Numbered from the stretch's first letter, positions 18,474 through 26,929 are shown. The stretch is 64,000 nucleotides of DNA from an uncultured Candidatus Peribacteria bacterium (GCA_964448405.1 CAYUVW010000002.1:7745-71744), one strand, 5' to 3'. The notes: generated by a model from the letters alone, not told the origin. Numbers and translations: made by a program.

Positions 18474-19190
18474 ATGAAGCAAACGCTCACTCTTGCCGTG
18501 AACATGCGGCCGGCCGATGAAAACGTCAAAACCCTGCGCCGCAGTGGCGATGTTCCAGGCGTGATTTACGGCAGCAAAATGAAGAGCACGAGCATTAAGT
18601 GCAAGGTCAAGGATCTGCACAACGTGTACATGAAAGCCGGTGAGAACACCCTCGTGGAAGTGGAGATGGACGGTAAGAAGATCCCTACCCTGATTCACTC
18701 GCTCGCATACGAGCCTGTTTCCGGTGCCTACGAGCACGTGGACCTGTACGCCGTGGACATGACCAAGAAGGTTACAACACGCGTTCCGGTTTCGTTCGAA
18801 GGCGTTGCTCCGGCAGTCAAAGAGCTTGGTGGAATCCTCGTCACCGTTCACGGAGAAATCACGGTCCAGTGTCTGCCCGCCGATATTCCGGAGAAGTTCG
18901 TTGTGGATCTCAGCAGCTTGGCACAGTTCCGCGATTCCATCACCGTCGGCAAGATCACGATGCCGAAGGGTGTCGTGGCTCAGGATAACGCAGAAACGGT
19001 CGTGGTCACGGTGCAGGAGCCCCGCAAGGAAGAAGTCATCGAGCCGGTCGTTACCGCTACCGCCGAGGGCGCTGTCGGTGCCGATGGTGCAGCAGCACCC
19101 GCAGCAGCAGGTGCAGCAGCCGCTCCAGCTGCAGCAGGTGGCGACAAGAAGGATGCCAAGCCGGCAGCCGGCGGCAAGGACAAGAAATAG
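18474..19190 (+). CDS. rplY: 50S ribosomal protein L25/Ctc with an Ala/Pro/Lys-rich tail
   Basis: TLRRSGDVPGVIYG and the Ctc-type C-terminal beta domain. Tail AAAPAAAGAAAAPAAAGGDKKDAK. GTG 18465 is an alternative start. Confidence 0.85.
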   Translation: MKQTLTLAVNMRPADENVKTLRRSGDVPGVIYGSKMKSTSIKCKVKDLHNVYMKAGENTLVEVEMDGKKIPTLIHSLAYEPVSGAYEHVDLYAVDMTKKVTTRVPVSFEGVAPAVKELGGILVTVHGEITVQCLPADIPEKFVVDLSSLAQFRDSITVGKITMPKGVVAQDNAETVVVTVQEPRKEEVIEPVVTATAEGAVGADGAAAPAAAGAAAAPAAAGGDKKDAKPAAGGKDKK

Positions 19191-19210
19191 TCCCACTCAC
19201 ACTGATTCTG

Positions 19211-19235
19211 AAAACGGCCGAAAGGCCGTTTTTTT
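19211..19235 (+). terminator. intrinsic terminator after L25
   Basis: AAAACGGCC-GAAA-GGCCGTTTT followed by a T-run. Confidence 0.8.
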
Positions 19236-19266
19236 GTGCTGTCGTTCAGATGTTGTGCGCTACCCT

Positions 19267-19486
19267 GAGGTTTCCGTTTTCTTCGGAGCTTGGGCACGGT
19301 GGGCTTGTCGCGCCTGATCCGGTGCCGTCACGCTTCCGCCGAAGCAACCCGTAAAAAAGTCCGCCTGTTCGAGCTCGCCGCAGCGAGCGAGTTCGGACTT
19401 TTAGGGTTGTGAGGCGCGTGAAGCGTAGGCCAGCCGGAGCACCGCGCGACGTTTTTTGCTCAACTTTTTTCTAAAAAAAGTGGAAG
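19267..19486 (+). repeat. copy 1 of a 220-nt structured intergenic element (second copy at 63670-63889)
   Basis: Collinear with 63670-63889 in the same orientation. The core imperfect hairpin is 19330-19426, followed by T6 (19452-19457) and the A/T palindrome ACTTTTTT-CTA-AAAAAAGT. Confidence 0.8.
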
Positions 19487-19573
19487 AACAAACGCTCTCG
19501 CGGCGATTATGGAATCGCCGCTACGAGAAGTATTGGGCGAAATTGGCTAGGATTCGCCGGAGTCCTGGAGTCG

Positions 19574-19599
19574 AAAAAGAGGCCACCCGGCCTCTTTTT
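19574..19599. terminator. bidirectional intrinsic terminator (serves hpf)
   Basis: AAAAAGAGGCC-ACCC-GGCCTCTTTTT, with A- and T-runs on either side. Confidence 0.8.
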
Positions 19600-19618
19600 A
19601 GGAATCGTATTTTTTGGC

Positions 19619-19981
19619 TTATATCTGACTCATCTTGCCCCCCTTGCGCTTCATTTTGTGCGCACGTTCGCGACCGGTGTGCTTTTCTTTGTAGCGCTTG
19701 ATCTGCGACTCGAGTTTTTCGATGCAGCTGTCGACGGCGAGCAAAGCCTCGAACTTGCGGGACTCGGCACGCAGAACGGTACCCGGCAGGTGCACGGTGA
19801 TCATCACTTTCACCTGATCGCGGCTCTTTTTCGTGTCGCGGCCTTCGGCCTCAACGCGAATGGAGGAGCCTTCGTCCTTCAGACGCTTGCAGTACGTTGC
19901 AAGCTTGCCGATCTTTTTGGCTAACAGAAGCAGGTCTTTGTCGTCGTAACGGACACCTTTTTCGAAGTGTTCAACATGCAT
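19619..19981 (-). CDS. hpf: ribosome hibernation promoting factor / RaiA family (short form)
   Basis: 120 aa from ATG 19981 (MHVEHFEKG). The layout KVMITVHLPGTVLRAESRKFEALLAVDSCIEKLESQIKRYKEK is typical of the sigma-54 modulation protein/S30EA fold. Confidence 0.7.
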   Translation of the reverse strand: MHVEHFEKGVRYDDKDLLLLAKKIGKLATYCKRLKDEGSSIRVEAEGRDTKKSRDQVKVMITVHLPGTVLRAESRKFEALLAVDSCIEKLESQIKRYKEKHTGRERAHKMKRKGGKMSQI

Positions 19982-20160
19982 GAGGAAAAGCGGGAAACGA
20001 AGTGAAAAAAGCATAGCAGATGCCAAAAAAGTTTCCAGCGCAGCTTCAGAAAAAATCAAGAGAAGCATTGTCACTGAAACGCGGCCGAGACGCCCTCTTC
20101 CGCAAAAACGGCTTTTCGGGTATACTAAGGAGAAATACCCAAAACCCAACCCCCTACCCA

Positions 20161-20391
20161 ATGGACGTCGATTCTCTGCGCCGGAAGGTGACCGAAAGCC
20201 GACTGCTCACGGAGCGGGAGCGCGATTATTGGCTCCAGAAACTACCAAATATGACCCAAGAGCAGTTGATGAAGCTGGATCGAATCCTGACTGAAGCACT
20301 GGGAATCGTGTGGAGCGAACAGATGGACGGCTACCTGAAAATGATCGATCGCGCGGCAAATCTCTGCCAACAGAAACTCGTGGCAGCCTAA
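20161..20391 (+). CDS. hypothetical small helical protein (first gene of the ORFan operon)
   Basis: 76 aa from ATG 20161; ATG 20020 is an alternative. TATACT lies at 20121-20126. Sense-like composition. No family recognised. Confidence 0.5.
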   Translation: MDVDSLRRKVTESRLLTERERDYWLQKLPNMTQEQLMKLDRILTEALGIVWSEQMDGYLKMIDRAANLCQQKLVAA

Positions 20392-20423
20392 CGCACACAA
20401 ACACTCACTCCCCCTTCCCGACC

Positions 20424-21674
20424 ATGCCTCCACGCACTCCAGACAGCTTCACGGGCGGTAACGGCGAAATGCCGCGCAACAACGAACAGCGCGAAAAAGC
20501 TAAAAAGGAAGTGAAGCAGCAGCTTCGCAAGCTCATGGCTGACGTGCGCACCCGTGGCGACGAAGAGCGCCGCACGGGACCCGATCGCAACGAGAAGCGT
20601 CTGAAAGAACTGACTGAACAAATCGACCGCCAGCAGCGTGAGGTGCTCGCCACGTTTGCCCTGCTGCTGAATCCGGACGGTTCGCTGCCCGAGGATCTGC
20701 AGAAGGAGTTCGCCGCCGAGTTCAGCGATAAACAGTCGGCTGAATTCATCAATAATCTCATCAACGGCGACGCCAACCGACTGAGCACCGATGCCACAAA
20801 CCTCGGCCGCAGCATCGACGGACAGCCGCCGATCTCGCGCGCCGCAAACTTTGCCGGCCGCATAGAAGGCCGTCTGAGCGACATGATCGACGGATTCATT
20901 CAGGATCGCGGTATTTTCTCCATGATCAGCGAGCGAACCGGCATGTCCGAACAGGTACTGGCCAAACAATTCCAGCAGGTGCGTCCGTTCCTGATGAACG
21001 CCATTCGCGGCATGTTCGCCAACATCGCCGAGAACTTCAAAATGATTCCGGGCGCTCAGGAATTCGCCATTCGCACGCGCGTGGAGGGCACATGGCCTGC
21101 GCTTCTGAAACTGAAAATGCAGGATCAGAACATCGCCAAACGCATCCGTGCCCGCGGCGAGAACGTCGTAAAAGAGCTGTACATCAACGCCATGGTCGGC
21201 CAAGCCGCCAATCGCCAGCTTGCACAGCAGGCAGGCCAGCCGATGCCGACCGGCGAAGTCACGCTGGAATCGGTACTCGGCATCACCGCTCCGACCGGCT
21301 CGCCTGCTCCGGCCCCCTCCACAACTGAGCAAGGCGCGAAGAAAGAAGCCGCCGCCGTCAATCGTCCACTCGGCGCCGCCGAGACGATACAGGACATGCA
21401 GATGAGCTTCTTGAACAACGAATTCCGCGTCCAGAAAGGCTCCGATACCTTCAAGGCGACGGCTAAACACGGCAACGACGCAGCCACCGTGACGGAAGTT
21501 ACGCCGATCCGCCAAGGCACCGGCCCCGTGGAAACCTTGACCATCAAAACTCGCAAAGGAACCGAAGACCTGACGAAGACGGTGCGTGCCAATGACATAA
21601 AGACCGCACTTGAACCCAACGGTAACAAGCGTGTGATTGTGGACAACGTCACGCTTGAATTCACACGCGTCTAA
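20424..21674 (+). CDS. hypothetical protein, coiled-coil N-terminus and beta-rich C-terminus
   Basis: 416 aa from ATG 20424. Lys/Glu/Arg-rich heptad-like N-terminus. No recognisable catalytic motif. Confidence 0.65.
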   Translation: MPPRTPDSFTGGNGEMPRNNEQREKAKKEVKQQLRKLMADVRTRGDEERRTGPDRNEKRLKELTEQIDRQQREVLATFALLLNPDGSLPEDLQKEFAAEFSDKQSAEFINNLINGDANRLSTDATNLGRSIDGQPPISRAANFAGRIEGRLSDMIDGFIQDRGIFSMISERTGMSEQVLAKQFQQVRPFLMNAIRGMFANIAENFKMIPGAQEFAIRTRVEGTWPALLKLKMQDQNIAKRIRARGENVVKELYINAMVGQAANRQLAQQAGQPMPTGEVTLESVLGITAPTGSPAPAPSTTEQGAKKEAAAVNRPLGAAETIQDMQMSFLNNEFRVQKGSDTFKATAKHGNDAATVTEVTPIRQGTGPVETLTIKTRKGTEDLTKTVRANDIKTALEPNGNKRVIVDNVTLEFTRV

Positions 21675-21680
21675 CCGCAC

Positions 21681-23666
21681 ATGATGCCTCCTGTTCTCGG
21701 TACCGGCTCCCACCTCGACGGCTTGCTGCCGACCTCCACGTCGACCGCACCGCGTCCGCCTGAAGCGGATGTAAAAGCAGCACGCTCACTCGCTGCGCGC
21801 ATTGCTCCGGCTACAATGGAGGAATTCTTCAGCGGCGTCCGCACCCAGACACATACCCAGTTGGAGGCGCTCGCCTTCGTGTTGCACGAGGAGTACCCCA
21901 ACCGCATTACCGATCAGGTGAAAAAAGAAGTGGCAGAACGCTTGGTTGCACTGCGTCAAGAAGTTGCGCAAGGAAGCGTCAACTTGCCCGAAGGACTGAG
22001 TGATACCGCAAAAATTGAGGCAGAGCTGAAGCGTACGGAAAATCGCCTGGAATGGGTGCGTCGTTTACTGACCCGTCCCGCACCCGTCACTCCGGTGACG
22101 CCCGTTCAACCTCCTGCACCGTCGTTCCTCACCGATTTCTTCGGCGGACTGACCACGCGCGTGATGACCATGTTCAATGGACGACCGCCGACTGTGCAGC
22201 AAGTCGCTGCCGTGCAAACGCAGACATCGGGCATTACACGTAACCTTGCCGAAGCAGGCGAACGCCTCGTCGACAGCGTAATCGCCTCGCCCGAAACGCT
22301 CAGCAGGATCCCGGTGATCGGCTCCGCGCTTGCCGCGCCGATCAACATCATCGGCGGACTCATGGGAATCAATCCTGCTACGCGCGCCGAACGTCTTGAG
22401 CGCCGTCAGGCCGAGCGTCAACTGCGCACTGCATTGACCGCCCGCAACGTCGTCTGCCCCAACCCAACCATCGACAGCTTGACGTTGTCCGTCCTGAAAG
22501 GTCAGCCCGTCGTTCCTGGTGCACCGGCGCCGGCTCCGTCCACCGCTCCGGTCAATATCATTCAGCTGCTGGATAACTGGGTTGCAACGCAGCGGTTGAA
22601 CGGCATGCCTGTCACGCAGCAACTGGTGTTGAACTCCGTCGCAGAGCTCGCACCTCCAAACGTAGACGCACTGAATAAGCAGGCTCAGGCCAAGCGTGCA
22701 GTGGACGCCCGCAACGCACTCACCGACGGTATCGGCAAGCGCCTGCGCCGTCCGGTGGCCACGCTCACCAACGGCACCGACGTGCAGATGCAGGCCACGG
22801 GCGCCGGCATTGCCCTCACCGCTCGTATCGGCGATTTGAACACGCCTGGAGCCATTCCTCCTCTTGGAACACCCGCGAACACACCGACCACGACTCCTGC
22901 GAGCACTCGTGACTTCGACGACACCGGCACACCGGTCAGTCCCGAAGCCAAGACGCTCGCTGGCGCAATGATCAAATTCCCACGCGCCACCAAAATTCGC
23001 ATCGTGGCGAATGGAAACACCGAGATGACCAACTCCAACGAATACACGATTGCGGTCGGAAGTTTCGATGAAACAGGCAGCGCACAGAACGATACCGCTA
23101 AGACGCTCGTTGGAGCTTGCACGAAGTTCCCGACTGCCAAGGAAGTGAAAATTACGGCAAGCGGCACCATGGAATGCAACGGTACCGGCGCGAACAAAAA
23201 GTACACCCTCATCGCTGGCAGCATCGACGACACTGGAAACGGAACGTCGCCCGAAGGAACGTTGTTCCTGAGTGCAATCGAAGGACTGAGTGCCGCAACC
23301 AAAATTGCGGTGACCACATCTGCAACGCCATTGGAAATCCGCAACCAGACTGAGTTCTCCATTCCGGTCGGTTCGGATACCGACATCGCCAATCTGCAGA
23401 TTCTTGCCGGAATGCCCCGCGACAGCCGTGCGCAGCGCATTGTTATCGACGGAAGCATGCGCCGCAACGTGCCGCTGGTGGAATGGCGCAACAGCAGCCT
23501 CATCCACTTGGGTTCGCATCCGCAAACCATCGCCATGCTGCGCGGCAGGACATGGGGTTCATTGCTCGACGACAAAGAGGTTGGGGTAACACTGCAGTAC
23601 AACCGCGACACGAGAAACTGGACTGACACCAATCCGACGACCCGCACTCCCCCTCTTCCCATTTAG
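21681..23666 (+). CDS. hypothetical protein with Pro-rich linkers, a Gly-rich hydrophobic segment and 3-4 tandem ~50-aa repeats
   Basis: 661 aa, starting 7 nt after the previous stop. Segment IPVIGSALAAPINIIGGLMGI. Repeats span aa 413-612. Confidence 0.7.
   Translation: MMPPVLGTGSHLDGLLPTSTSTAPRPPEADVKAARSLAARIAPATMEEFFSGVRTQTHTQLEALAFVLHEEYPNRITDQVKKEVAERLVALRQEVAQGSVNLPEGLSDTAKIEAELKRTENRLEWVRRLLTRPAPVTPVTPVQPPAPSFLTDFFGGLTTRVMTMFNGRPPTVQQVAAVQTQTSGITRNLAEAGERLVDSVIASPETLSRIPVIGSALAAPINIIGGLMGINPATRAERLERRQAERQLRTALTARNVVCPNPTIDSLTLSVLKGQPVVPGAPAPAPSTAPVNIIQLLDNWVATQRLNGMPVTQQLVLNSVAELAPPNVDALNKQAQAKRAVDARNALTDGIGKRLRRPVATLTNGTDVQMQATGAGIALTARIGDLNTPGAIPPLGTPANTPTTTPASTRDFDDTGTPVSPEAKTLAGAMIKFPRATKIRIVANGNTEMTNSNEYTIAVGSFDETGSAQNDTAKTLVGACTKFPTAKEVKITASGTMECNGTGANKKYTLIAGSIDDTGNGTSPEGTLFLSAIEGLSAATKIAVTTSATPLEIRNQTEFSIPVGSDTDIANLQILAGMPRDSRAQRIVIDGSMRRNVPLVEWRNSSLIHLGSHPQTIAMLRGRTWGSLLDDKEVGVTLQYNRDTRNWTDTNPTTRTPPLPI
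22917..23516 (+). repeat. tandem coding repeats (~50 aa x 3, plus one degenerate unit)
   Basis: Units start DDTGTPVSPEAKTLAGAMIKFPRATKIRI, DETGSAQNDTAKTLVGACTKFPTAKEVKI and DDTGNGTSPEGTLFLSAIEGLSAATKIAV. Each ends in xxGS(F/I). Confidence 0.7.
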
Positions 23667-23687
23667 AGCTCTCTACCCAAATTTTTT

Positions 23688-24548
23688 ATGGCGAACGAAC
23701 TCGATCAATTCCAGGCAAAGATCACAACCCTCACCGGGGATTTGCAGCGCGCCGTTGCCACGCCTCCGGAAGGCTTGTCCGCGCTTCACCGGAATTACAT
23801 TTCCTTGGCGCTGAGCCGGCTGCAAGGTGCAACCACTCGCAATAGCGTGCTTACGGAATTACGCGGTTTGCGCACGCAATTGCCGCAGGATGCACGAGGG
23901 TTGGCCGAAATTCAGACCCAAACCACGGCACTGGAAACAGAAATGCAGTCCTGGGATGAACGCAATATCGTTACACCGACGACAAACCTGATTTCTTCCG
24001 CGGCATTGACCGGCCAGGAACTCTATCGCGATGCACCTTGGTACGTACGAGCGCCGGTGCTTGGATCAATGATCGGTGGTGCGGCATGGATAGGGTCCAA
24101 ACTGTTTGGCTGGGTACCAGGCATTGGCCCGGCATTGAAAAAGGGGTCATTTTGGCACTACGTCGGTGGCGGAGCTGTCCTTGGTCTTGCAGGCACAGGT
24201 GCAGTAAAGGGCATAGGAGCACTGCAGGAATCCAATAAAAAGAGCACTGAGGAGAAGGTAGCAGCCGATACGAATACAAGGCTCACTGCACATATGGAGC
24301 GCATTCTCTGGCCCGCGGGCGGCAATGCGATTGTGATGCCCGAATTGCTTCCGGCCACGCAGTTCCCGCTTACGGAGGTAGAAATCCGTCAAACCGGACC
24401 CACTGGAAGCAGTGCATTCACTCCAGTTGTCGCACGAAACGTTGCGCATAACATTACGGTCGATCCGACCGCAACACAGGTGGAAATCCGCTTCAAATTA
24501 CCTAACGGCACAACTGGCACAGTCACCAGAACCAGACCGCCTGCGTAA
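23688..24548 (+). CDS. hypothetical membrane protein (helical N-terminus, two Gly-rich TM segments, beta-rich C-terminus)
   Basis: 286 aa. APVLGSMIGGAAWIGSKLFGWV and FWHYVGGGAVLGLAGTGAVKGI. Confidence 0.65.
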   Translation: MANELDQFQAKITTLTGDLQRAVATPPEGLSALHRNYISLALSRLQGATTRNSVLTELRGLRTQLPQDARGLAEIQTQTTALETEMQSWDERNIVTPTTNLISSAALTGQELYRDAPWYVRAPVLGSMIGGAAWIGSKLFGWVPGIGPALKKGSFWHYVGGGAVLGLAGTGAVKGIGALQESNKKSTEEKVAADTNTRLTAHMERILWPAGGNAIVMPELLPATQFPLTEVEIRQTGPTGSSAFTPVVARNVAHNITVDPTATQVEIRFKLPNGTTGTVTRTRPPA

Positions 24549-24567
24549 GAAGAGGTAAAATGATTCC

Positions 24568-25368
24568 ATGCCTCTCTCGTACTCGCAGCTCCAGTGCTAC
24601 CAACGCTGTCCCAAACAGTACGAATTCGCCTTCGTAAAGAAAGTCCCGCGCGGGATCTCCATGGGTGAATCGTTCGGCAGCAGCGTTCATTTGGCGCTGA
24701 AGAAGTGGGGTGAACTGGAAGCAAGTTTGGCGCCCAAAGCCGCAACCGGACAGATTGCACTTTTCACTGAAGAATCGCACGGACCTGAGCAGAAACTAGA
24801 TCTGCACACGCTGAAGACGCTGTGGCGCCACAGCTTTGTTTCGCAGGGTTACGAATCACGCGCCGCACAAGACTCTGCGTTACTGCAAGGCGAGCATGCA
24901 CTCGAGCATTTTTTCCGTTGGTGGCAGACCGAAAAGCGCGAAGTGGCGGCATGCGAGAAAGGTTTCAGCGTGGAATTGCCAGCCTCCGAGAGCAAACCGG
25001 CGGTCAGCATCGCGGGGCGCTTCGACCGGGTGGAGCGCACCGACAAAGGCTTGGTGGTCATCGACTTCAAATCCGGTCAACCGCGAGACCAACTGCATAT
25101 CGACACCGATTTGCAGTTATCCATTTACGCCGCCGCCACGCAGAAGCTCTGGAATGAGCCTGCCGTCGAACTCAAATTACTCTTCTTGGGCGAAGAGGAG
25201 TTGATTGAGCGCGTAACCACGCGCAACGCATCGCAAATCAACGATGCAATGAAAATCATCCGCATGCTTGCCGACGACATGGAGAGTAAGAACTACAAGC
25301 CCTCGCCGGCAGTCGGAAAATGCCGCCATTGCCCGTACCGCGAGATTTGTCCGGCACGGGCAATTTGA
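24568..25368 (+). CDS. PD-(D/E)XK nuclease, Cas4/AddB-like with a four-Cys Fe-S cluster signature
   Basis: N-terminal YSQLQCYQRCPKQYEF, core GRFDRVERTDKGLVVIDFKSGQ (D...DxK) and C-terminal CRHCPYREIC. Confidence 0.75.
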   Translation: MPLSYSQLQCYQRCPKQYEFAFVKKVPRGISMGESFGSSVHLALKKWGELEASLAPKAATGQIALFTEESHGPEQKLDLHTLKTLWRHSFVSQGYESRAAQDSALLQGEHALEHFFRWWQTEKREVAACEKGFSVELPASESKPAVSIAGRFDRVERTDKGLVVIDFKSGQPRDQLHIDTDLQLSIYAAATQKLWNEPAVELKLLFLGEEELIERVTTRNASQINDAMKIIRMLADDMESKNYKPSPAVGKCRHCPYREICPARAI

Positions 25369-25404
25369 AGTTCCTCATCCCTGCCTACCGGCAGGCAGGC
25401 CCGG

Positions 25405-25430
25405 CCCCTCTCCATTGCAATGGAGAGGGG
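25405..25430. terminator. perfect palindromic hairpin between convergent genes
   Basis: CCCCTCTCCATTGCAATGGAGAGGGG: an 11-12-bp stem with no strong T-run. Confidence 0.5.
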
Positions 25431-25455
25431 TTAGGGGTGAGGACCGTTCGAAGAA

Positions 25456-26199
25456 TCAGCCATTAATACCCATGTTGCGCAGCAAGACGCCCACGCCATA
25501 CGCAGAAGCGGCACACAGCGAGCCAACCAACAGGATTTCCAATGGACCTTTGTAGATGCGTTCGCGCGTCACCCAACTGCGCAAGAGCCCCACAATAAGC
25601 AATGCTACGCCAGTTGCCGCGATAGCAGATGGAAAGCGCTGATCATCTGCGATAGGCAAAACGTAGGGAAAAATGGGGATGCTGCCGAAGAACAAAAAAG
25701 CAATGAATGTCATGAAGCCGTGCAGTGCAGGCAGCTCAGTCTCTTCTTTCTTCAAGCCGTGCTCTTCACTCATCATGGTATCGACCCAAATCTGGCGGTC
25801 GCTCGTAATGCGGTGTACGACCATATCGAGCTCAGGACCGGAGAAACCTTTGGCTGCGTAGATTTCACGAATTTCCTCGCGTTCGATCTCCGGAATCTCA
25901 TCGATCTCACGCAACTCCTCTTTCTGCAAACGGTTGTAGTTGTCCTCGCGGGACTTAATGGACAAGTAATTTCCCAAGCCCATGGAAAGGCCATCGGCCA
26001 GCACGTTTGCGTAGCCTAGGATAATAACTATCGTGGGCGACAAGTGTGCCCCGGCAACACCGGATACCACCGCGAACGTGGTGACAATGCCATCGTTGGC
26101 ACCGTACACGATGTCGTGAATGAATTCGCCAAGCTTGCTGCCGTGCGGCTCGGACTTTTTGTGATCGGCCAATGCTTTTTTGAGTTCTTCTGGATTCAT
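25456..26199 (-). CDS. VIT1/CCC1-family iron/manganese transporter
   Basis: [25 protein letters not shown] and the C-terminal TM bundle. Start at ATG 26199; the TTG at 26241 lies inside the upstream terminator. Confidence 0.8.
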   Translation of the reverse strand: MNPEELKKALADHKKSEPHGSKLGEFIHDIVYGANDGIVTTFAVVSGVAGAHLSPTIVIILGYANVLADGLSMGLGNYLSIKSREDNYNRLQKEELREIDEIPEIEREEIREIYAAKGFSGPELDMVVHRITSDRQIWVDTMMSEEHGLKKEETELPALHGFMTFIAFLFFGSIPIFPYVLPIADDQRFPSAIAATGVALLIVGLLRSWVTRERIYKGPLEILLVGSLCAASAYGVGVLLRNMGING

Positions 26200-26240
26200 G
26201 TCCTTATTGTCCAACTGTCGAAGATTTTGCGCAACCCACA

Positions 26241-26264
26241 AAAAAACCGCCCGAAGGCGGTTTT
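26241..26264 (-). terminator. intrinsic terminator after the eRF1-like gene
   Basis: Minus strand reads AAAACCGCC-TTCG-GGCGGTTTTTTT. Confidence 0.75.
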
Positions 26265-26281
26265 CAGAATCGGTATGGAGA

Positions 26282-26827
26282 CTACTTGCTCTTCTTGGGC
26301 GGTTGGTTCTTGGGGCTGTAATTCTCCTGGCTACGAAGGTTTTCCAACGCCTCCTTCAAGTCGGGGCGGAAGCGGAGCAAGACATCGCGCGGAGATTCCT
26401 TGGCGTAGTTGCCGTCCATCGTCTCGTGCACGGCCTTCTTGATTGCCGGGTTGAAGTGGTCCTTCAGCACCGAGAGGAACTTACCGGGAGCCGAGATATA
26501 GATTTCCTGGATCCCCTGCTCCTGAATGACGTGGGCCAAGTGGCCGCACACCACGTTTGCGAATTCTCGCAGACGGTGCGTCTCGCGCTGGTTCGGGTCT
26601 TCGACGCCTCCGGTCATTCCACCACGGCCTCCTGCTGCGGGGCTCTGGTAGCGTCCGGCCTTGTCGGTGAAGTTCGGTTCGCGGGAATCGATGGTCTCGG
26701 CAACGAGCAGGGTGTGGTTCCCTACGTCGATGAATTTGCAGTGGTGGTTATCACACACGACAAGAAGAGTCGGCTTGTCTACATCTGGCATGGCGTCGGG
26801 AAGACGCTGGGGTTTGTTGGTGGGCAT
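26282..26827 (-). CDS. host-attachment-protein family (bacterial eRF1-like, baeRF) protein
   Basis: [37 protein letters not shown] and [10 protein letters not shown] fit the Host_attach layout as I remember it. The start is uncertain (26827, 26791 or 26899). Confidence 0.45.
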   Translation of the reverse strand: MPTNKPQRLPDAMPDVDKPTLLVVCDNHHCKFIDVGNHTLLVAETIDSREPNFTDKAGRYQSPAAGGRGGMTGGVEDPNQRETHRLREFANVVCGHLAHVIQEQGIQEIYISAPGKFLSVLKDHFNPAIKKAVHETMDGNYAKESPRDVLLRFRPDLKEALENLRSQENYSPKNQPPKKSK

Positions 26828-26929
26828 ACGGTGGCAGAGTGTAGCAAGGCCGGGGGGTGGGTGCCATGGCAAACCGTCATTCACGTGCGCATGGCACATC
26901 GTTGAGTTATCCTAGACCTCTTTCTCTCT

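Noticed and set aside
19267-19486. Possibility that the two-copy element is RNase P RNA, SRP (4.5S) RNA, tmRNA or 6S RNA
   Set aside because: AAAGTCCG resembles the RNase P P4 strand and GAAGCAGCC resembles SRP domain IV. However, the matching partner elements are absent: no ACAGAAxCCGGCUUA-type P4 3' strand, no GGAA tetraloop helix 8 and no tRNA-like 3' end. Two near-identical copies would also be unexpected for those RNAs. An Infernal search is needed to be sure.
20388-21713. 441-aa ORF on the minus strand, opposite the 416-aa ORFan
   Set aside because: Arg/His/Gly/Ala-rich composition, typical of antisense frames in GC-rich DNA. It breaks the tight plus-strand operon spacing and has no motif. 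The plus-strand frame has normal Lys/Glu/Gln-rich composition.
22917-23516. Diversity-generating retroelement (VR/TR) explanation for the repeats, and for the two-copy element
   Set aside because: No reverse transcriptase gene lies in the window. The protein repeats are diverged at many positions rather than at adenine-specific sites. Differences between the 220-nt copies are mixed transitions and transversions, not an A-to-N pattern.
22065-23525. 486-aa minus-strand ORF (and the 325-aa ORF at 22685-23662) opposite the 661-aa ORFan
   Set aside because: Same antisense signature. The plus-strand frame contains an internally consistent tandem protein repeat, which supports the plus strand as coding.
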